Positions 8,067 to 12,852 of a stretch of DNA of 12,852 nt are shown piece after piece. Position numbers and translations under genes: made by a program. Source of the stretch: Azolla caroliniana (lineage: Eukaryota > Plantae > Polypodiophyta); the NCBI GenBank assembly GCA_043228905.1, contig JBHGNT010001025.1:1-12852 (forward strand). Reading direction: 5' to 3'. Position 1 is the first letter of the stretch; each line of letters begins with the position of its first letter. The notes beneath the pieces were generated by a model. The model was not told where the DNA came from and ran no database searches. It worked only from the letters and a program-made list of their open reading frames with translations.

Positions 8067-10946
8067 TTGGAGGTGGGGAGGAGGGAGGGCGAGGGCGAGG
8101 CGGTGGCCGGGTGTCGGGTTCATCAGGTGAGTCGTGGTCCCCCTCCAGGTCGATCTCTAGGGGGGGAGAAGGGGGGTGCGGGGGTAGGAGAGCACAAGCA
8201 CGAGCCTCATCGAACGTCATGAGTTGATACTCGCAGGAAACGTCGAGGTATAGGGCTAATTCCGGTATGTTGTCAGCCTCGAGGTCGGTGGGCCAGTTGA
8301 ACATGACGTATTCGATGCTGAATATGTGAGTACAAACCCCGATGTCCCAAGCGGTTTGCCAAGCGCGTATTAACCAGAGGAAACCGAAAGGCGGTACGGA
8401 GGTTGTTGTGTTTTCCAACAGGGTGCGGGTGAGGGTGTCGGCGATGTGGTGTAAGCGCACCAATGTTGTGAAGAGGTGGGCCAGTCGGTCTTCGGTGACT
8501 TGCATCGTGACATCAGAAGGGTAGGTGAAATAGATAAGGTCAGACATGTCCAAGTCGGGGGTGAGGGCGGTGTGAAGGTAGGCCATACCTTCGAGGAACA
8601 AAATGGGGAGGTGTTGGGGGAAGAGGTCGCCGGCTGGGGGAGCAGGTTCTTCGGTGGCTTCCTGGTATAACATGAAGAGGGCGAGGGCGTGGTTGTCTTC
8701 GGGGAGTACTCGGATGAAGGTCTGCCGGTTTGGGGGTGTGGTGTCGTCAAAGAATACGTGACGCGTGGCGGCTAACGACCGAAGGAAGCACGTTGCTTGG
8801 ATGAGGAGGGTGCGTGGTGTGCGTGGTGCAGTGAAAAGTTCGGAGAGCAGGGAGGTCGAGGTCACGTACACCTAGAGTGCCTGGATCATATTCGGAGAGC
8901 CAGCTAGGGTAAGGAGAGGGGTTTGAACAGTGGAGGGGTCTGTTGCACCGGGGGTGAGGGCGTGTTCAAGGGCGGCTTTGGACGTGCGGAGTTGAAGGAT
9001 GTCCTTTTCGAGGTCGACGCATTGGCGGCGGTGTTTGATAAGGAGACATCGATTGCATTCATTGGCGACTTCGACTTGGTGGATCATGCCGTCTCGTTTA
9101 GCCTTGAGGGTGGTGATCTCGCTCGTGAGTTGGTGAGTGGTGGCCATGGTAGCGGCCAGGGCCTCGGACTGTTCGGAGAGATCAACCGTCACGGTTGCGA
9201 GGCGGGCCTCGGTCAATTGGTGTTGGGTGGTGAGGCGGACGTACTCGGCCGAAAGTTTGGCATGTGTTTGCGCTGCGCGTTCCTGGTCGTGGTGCCAGGT
9301 TGTCCGAGCTTGGTGGAATTCGTTAGCGAGTTGTTGGTGTCGGGTTTGCGTTGTCAGGAGTTCTTGCTTGAGGAGGTCGTGGGCGGCCGCTTGGCATGCG
9401 TTGGTATGGAGGGCGCTCCGTACCTCAACGACCAAGATCTCGTTCCGTGTAGAGGTCTTGTGTTGGTTGGTGGCGGTCTGTTGGGCTTGTGCCTGAACTT
9501 GAAGTAGGCGACGGTTCACGACGATAGTCATCTTTAGGAGGTCGGCCACCATGTCGGTTAAGGGTTTGGGGGGAACGACGAGGGAGGGGGTAGGGTGGGT
9601 AGGAACTGCAGTGAGGGAGGTTGAGTAGGGCACGGAGGTCGGGAGGGGGGGTGGCGGAAGCGGGGTTGTCATTTGGGTGGGGGCGAGCCTGGTGGGTTGG
9701 GGGGGGAACTGCCGGGGTTGCGGTCGGGGGCCGGTCGGGGGCGGCGTGGCAGGCGAGTTTATGGGGTCAGGGTTGTGGGGTGTCGTCGGTGGTGGTGGAC
9801 GAGAAAGGTGGGGTAGTTGTGGCCAGAGCGGGGGGAGAGGATTCGTGGGGTGGAGGGGTTGGCGAGGTGGGTGGAGGCGGGGTTGGCGGGTTCCGTTGGT
9901 CGCGCAAGATTGACTCAGTGGTGCAGCTGCGGGAACGCGGAGTCATGGTTGTGGTCTGATGTGACACATAGTGGAAAGTGGTGGACAAGGCCTGGATTTC
10001 GGTGGGGGTGAACTCGTGTGTCTGGAATTCCTTGACACGATTCGTGATATCCTTAGGGGTGTCGAGGTTAGCTTCGGCTGACACGTGGGTGATTGGGGGT
10101 TGTTTGTGTGCTGGTGGCTGTGCTTGTTCACCTTGGTGTACCTGTCGTAAAAAGTCGCGTTCGGGGAGACGAAGGCGTTCGAGTTGGCCTGGGACAGTGA
10201 TTTTGCGGAAGCGTTCTTGGCAGCGTACGAAGGGAGGGGCGGGGGGTCCGATGCTGAACTTTGCGCACAAGTAGCGGGTGAGGAACCACGCGAAATTGAC
10301 AGTCGATTTGGGCCGTGTGTGACATTCTCGGACCCGACGAACAAGCTCGTGAGCCCATTGGACCGGTTGCGGATCATGTGCCCACTTGAGGTACTCACTG
10401 GTGATACGAGTGGTGGCATCGGTAGATGCGGTGTCACCAATTTGGGCAATGGCGCTACAACGGTCGTGGAGATGGAGAGGGATTTCAGTGTAACGCCACC
10501 CTTCGCGTCCAGAATATTCGGCGTAGGCGATAAGAATGATGCCGAGGACAACCCCCGAGGTCCTCGTGGTGCGGAAGGGGGTGCCCTCGAGGGGTAAATG
10601 CAGCGTAGCACAAACGTCGGCCGCGGTGAACTAGAATGCGACGGGGGGGGGGGGAGTCTGCGAAAGGCTGCATATCGACATGGCCCGTATCGGGGTTGTA
10701 CCCGATGAGGAAACGGTTGACCAGTTCGGGTAGGACGCCCCACGGCCCGATCCCAAGGAAGAACTTGAGGCCAAGTCGTGAGAGAGTGGCGAACACGTCG
10801 GGTTCGAGGTACTTGAGCTGCGTGGCGGCCGTGGGAACCTGGTAAGTACATCGGGTATTGTTGAACACCGTTGGAATGACTAAGGAACCGCACCCTGCGT
10901 CGGGGTAGTATGCGTGGAGGAGTTTGATGAATTGGGGAGGCGTCAT
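8067..10946 (-). pseudogene. Extra ORF (~960 codons, 3'-truncated): PMD/Athila-ORF-like domain, Pro/Thr linker, coiled coil, unassigned C-terminal domain
   Basis: Joins ORFs 10485-10955, 9767-10270, 8872-9672 and 7798-8871. Lesions: frameshift at G12 (10643-10654), TAG 10631-10633, TGA 9767-9769, frameshift probably at G8 (9699-9706), TAG 8872-8874. Motifs: LGLKFFL, LVNRFLIGYNPDTG, FTAADVCATLHLPLEG, VQWAHELV, FAWFLTRYL. Confidence 0.72.
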
Positions 10947-10956
10947 CGTTGGCAAC

Positions 10957-10975
10957 CTGCGAGGAAAAATATTAG
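10957..10975 (-). promoter_or_regulatory. Spliceosomal 3' splice acceptor (branch point, pyrimidine tract, CAG)
   Basis: The - strand reads CTAAT-ATTTTTCCTCG-CAG|GTTGCCAACG-ATG, placing the acceptor 10 nt upstream of the extra-ORF ATG at 10946. Confidence 0.65.
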
Positions 10976-11047
10976 TATAGGTAAATGTGGTTGTGAATCA
11001 GCTCCTGGATCAATTCCGTACACTCAAGGATACTTCTCAAACAATGG

Positions 11048-11411
11048 GTAGTTCGAGGGGTTGGGCCCCTCGAACACTGTGTAGTTCGAGGGGTTGGGCT
11101 GGGTGTGGTTCGAGGAGTTGGGCCCCGTGAACACTGTGTAGTTCGAGGGGTTGGACCCCTCGAACGCTGTGTAGTTCGGGAGGTTGGCCTGGGTGTGGTT
11201 TGAGGGGTTGGGCCCCTCGAACAACGGGTAGTTGGAGGGGTTGGGCCCCTCGAACACTGTGTAGTTCGGGAGGTTGGGCTGGGTGTGGTTTGAGGGGTTG
11301 GACTCCTCGAACAACGGGTAGTTCGAGGGGTTGGGCCCCTCGAACATTGGGTGATTCGAGGGGTTGGGCCCCTTGAACAACGGGTAGTTCGAGGGGTTGG
11401 GTCCCTCGAAC
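11048..11411. repeat. Tandem array of 33-bp hairpin units and 24-bp short units with a 90-bp higher-order period
   Basis: Nine long units (GTAGTTCGAGGGGTTGGGCCCCTCGAACA(A/C)(C/T)G(G/T); the last is partial) and three short units (at 11081, 11171, 11261). Order: L-S-L-L-S-L-L-S-L-L-L-L. Confidence 0.95.
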
Positions 11412-11999
11412 CACGAGGTGGAGTGGGCTGCAAACGGCCAACGACGTGGGGAGGGTGAAACGACAAGGCGGCTATCGCGGCCACCTCGGGGGGAACGAAA
11501 GAGAGAAAAAAAACGTCGGGACAGTGGGGCAGCGTGGACGGGCAGCGCCACGAGGAGGGGCGGCGGCGACGGGGCAACGACTATGGCCGCCACGGGGGGA
11601 GTGTAGACGTAGTGTGTCGGCTATGGTCGCCACGGCTGGGAGGCCCGTAGTGTGCCGGTGACAGGAGGAGGAGGACAACGTCGTGGCGTCGGCCATGGCC
11701 TCCTGCAGAGGAACGAAGGGCAGGTTCGGCACACGTGGGGAGTGCAGCGTGGTGTGTCAAAACGAGAGAGGGGGGGGGGGGGGGGAAGGGCCTACTCGAA
11801 GCGTGGGAAATCAAGGTGTGGAGGAGGCGAGGCGGCGACCGGGGCAGGCAACCGGTGGAGTAGGGGCGAGGACGCTGAGGGTGGGAGAAAGCCACGAACA
11901 GAGATTGGGGGGGGGGAGGGGAGGAATAGTGTGAGCGGGGAGGGGGGAAGGAGTGCTGCGGAGCGTGGAGTGAGAAGGGAGGGGAGGTAGAGCAAAGAA

Positions 12000-12520
12000 G
12001 AAGGAGAAAAAAGAAGAAGAAGAAGAAGAAGAAGGAAAACGAAAAAAAAGAAAAAGGAAAAAGGAAAAAGAAAGATAAAAAAAACCACTCAAAAAACGAA
12101 ATAAAAATAAAAAAATAAAAAAATACATAACAAAAAATAAAATAAAATAAAATAAAATAAAATAAAATAAAATAAAATAAAATAAAATAAAATAAAATAA
12201 GGATAATAATAATCGGTATAGAAAATAATAATAAAAATTATAAAAATAAAAAAGAAAGAAACGGATACTGAAAATAATAGTCATTACAAATAAAGTAAAT
12301 CAATAAAATAATGGTAAAGATCATAAAAAATAAAATGAAATAAATAAAAAAGAATAAAAAAAAAATAAAAAAATAAAAAAATAAAAAAATTAATTTAAAA
12401 AAATAATAAAAAATAATAAAAATAATAAATTAAAAAAATAAAATAAATAACAAAAAAAATAATAGAAAATAAAAAATAAAAAATAAAAAATAAAAAATAA
12501 TACAATTAATAGAACATAAA
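12000..12520. repeat. A-rich low-complexity tract including (AAG)8 at 12011-12034 and (AAAAT)13 at 12134-12198
   Basis: Read directly from the sequence. Confidence 0.95.
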
Positions 12521-12852
12521 CCACGACAACGAGGGACAACCGACGGGGATGTGAGGTCGGGAGGGTAGGGAGGAATCGATGGGGAAGATTCAGATACCGA
12601 TGGTGACGGGGGTCTGAACGGGGGTCTACGGGGAACGTGGTAGGGGATTGGGTAAATTAAGGGCTTTTGAGGAACCTTGAGGATGCGACTATGGAGGGAG
12701 TGTCACTCGGGTATCGTGTGACGTTCCGGGTCCGTGACTTTTAAGGATCCAAACTTGCGGCATGTTTGTTAAGGGGGTGGGGAGGATTTGTGAAACCTTT
12801 CTACGGGGTGTTTGGTCTCTCAGTTGTTTAGGCTTGTTGATTCCTGTGGCTT

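Larger units (their letters stand above)
8067..12852 (-). mobile_element. Third element fragment, probably the internal accessory region of another Athila/Tat-like retrotransposon
   Basis: Composition switches abruptly to G-run-rich DNA right after copia HFVRD. It carries an extra ORF of the same design as element 2, plus a tandem array and an A-rich spacer. No gag/pol or LTR is visible in the window, so the class is inferred. Confidence 0.6.

Noticed and set aside
8342-10845. Numerous + strand ORFs (e.g. 8923-9507, 10184-10597) and - strand ORF 9943-10893
   Set aside because: They are antisense or alternative-frame shadows of the GC-rich extra ORF and carry no recognisable motifs.
11051-11410. 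Pol III B-box or heat-shock elements in the GTTCGA/GAAC repeats
   Set aside because: GTTCGAGGGG lacks the B-box terminal C residues, and the GAA-TTC spacing does not fit nGAAnnTTCn.
11048-11411. CRISPR-like palindromic repeat array
   Set aside because: The linkers between hairpins are only about 8 nt and are themselves repeated. There are no unique spacers and no cas genes, and the context is a eukaryotic retroelement.
11792-12284. Hydrophobic Phe/Ile/Leu-rich ORFs resembling membrane proteins
   Set aside because: These are translations of the (TTTTA)n/(TTC)n low-complexity tract.

Overview
Plant-type, retrotransposon-dense DNA with three nested, decayed elements and no host gene. (1) A + strand Ty1/copia element (Tnt1/Tork-like gag-PR-IN-RT-RH) occupies 1-2894 and 7081-8066. 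(2) Inserted in its RT, on the - strand, is the 3' half of a non-chromovirus Ty3/gypsy element (Athila/Tat type, 2895-7080). It retains the integrase GPY/F tail, an extra ORF that can be rebuilt to about 933 aa, and a 435-bp LTR (TGTTA...TAACA). (3) From about 8067 to the end is a third - strand segment. It carries a related extra ORF of about 960 codons, a strong splice acceptor, a higher-order hairpin tandem array and an A-rich spacer. Most unusual: element 2 has no polypurine tract next to its apparent 3' LTR, but a tRNA-Arg-like 3'-end copy (an inverted PBS). The copia element has a PBS resembling a half-tRNA-Arg(ACG) site. Both - strand elements carry the same PMD/Athila-like domain + Pro linker + coiled-coil accessory protein design. 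Family and tRNA assignments come from motif recognition and recall, not database searches.
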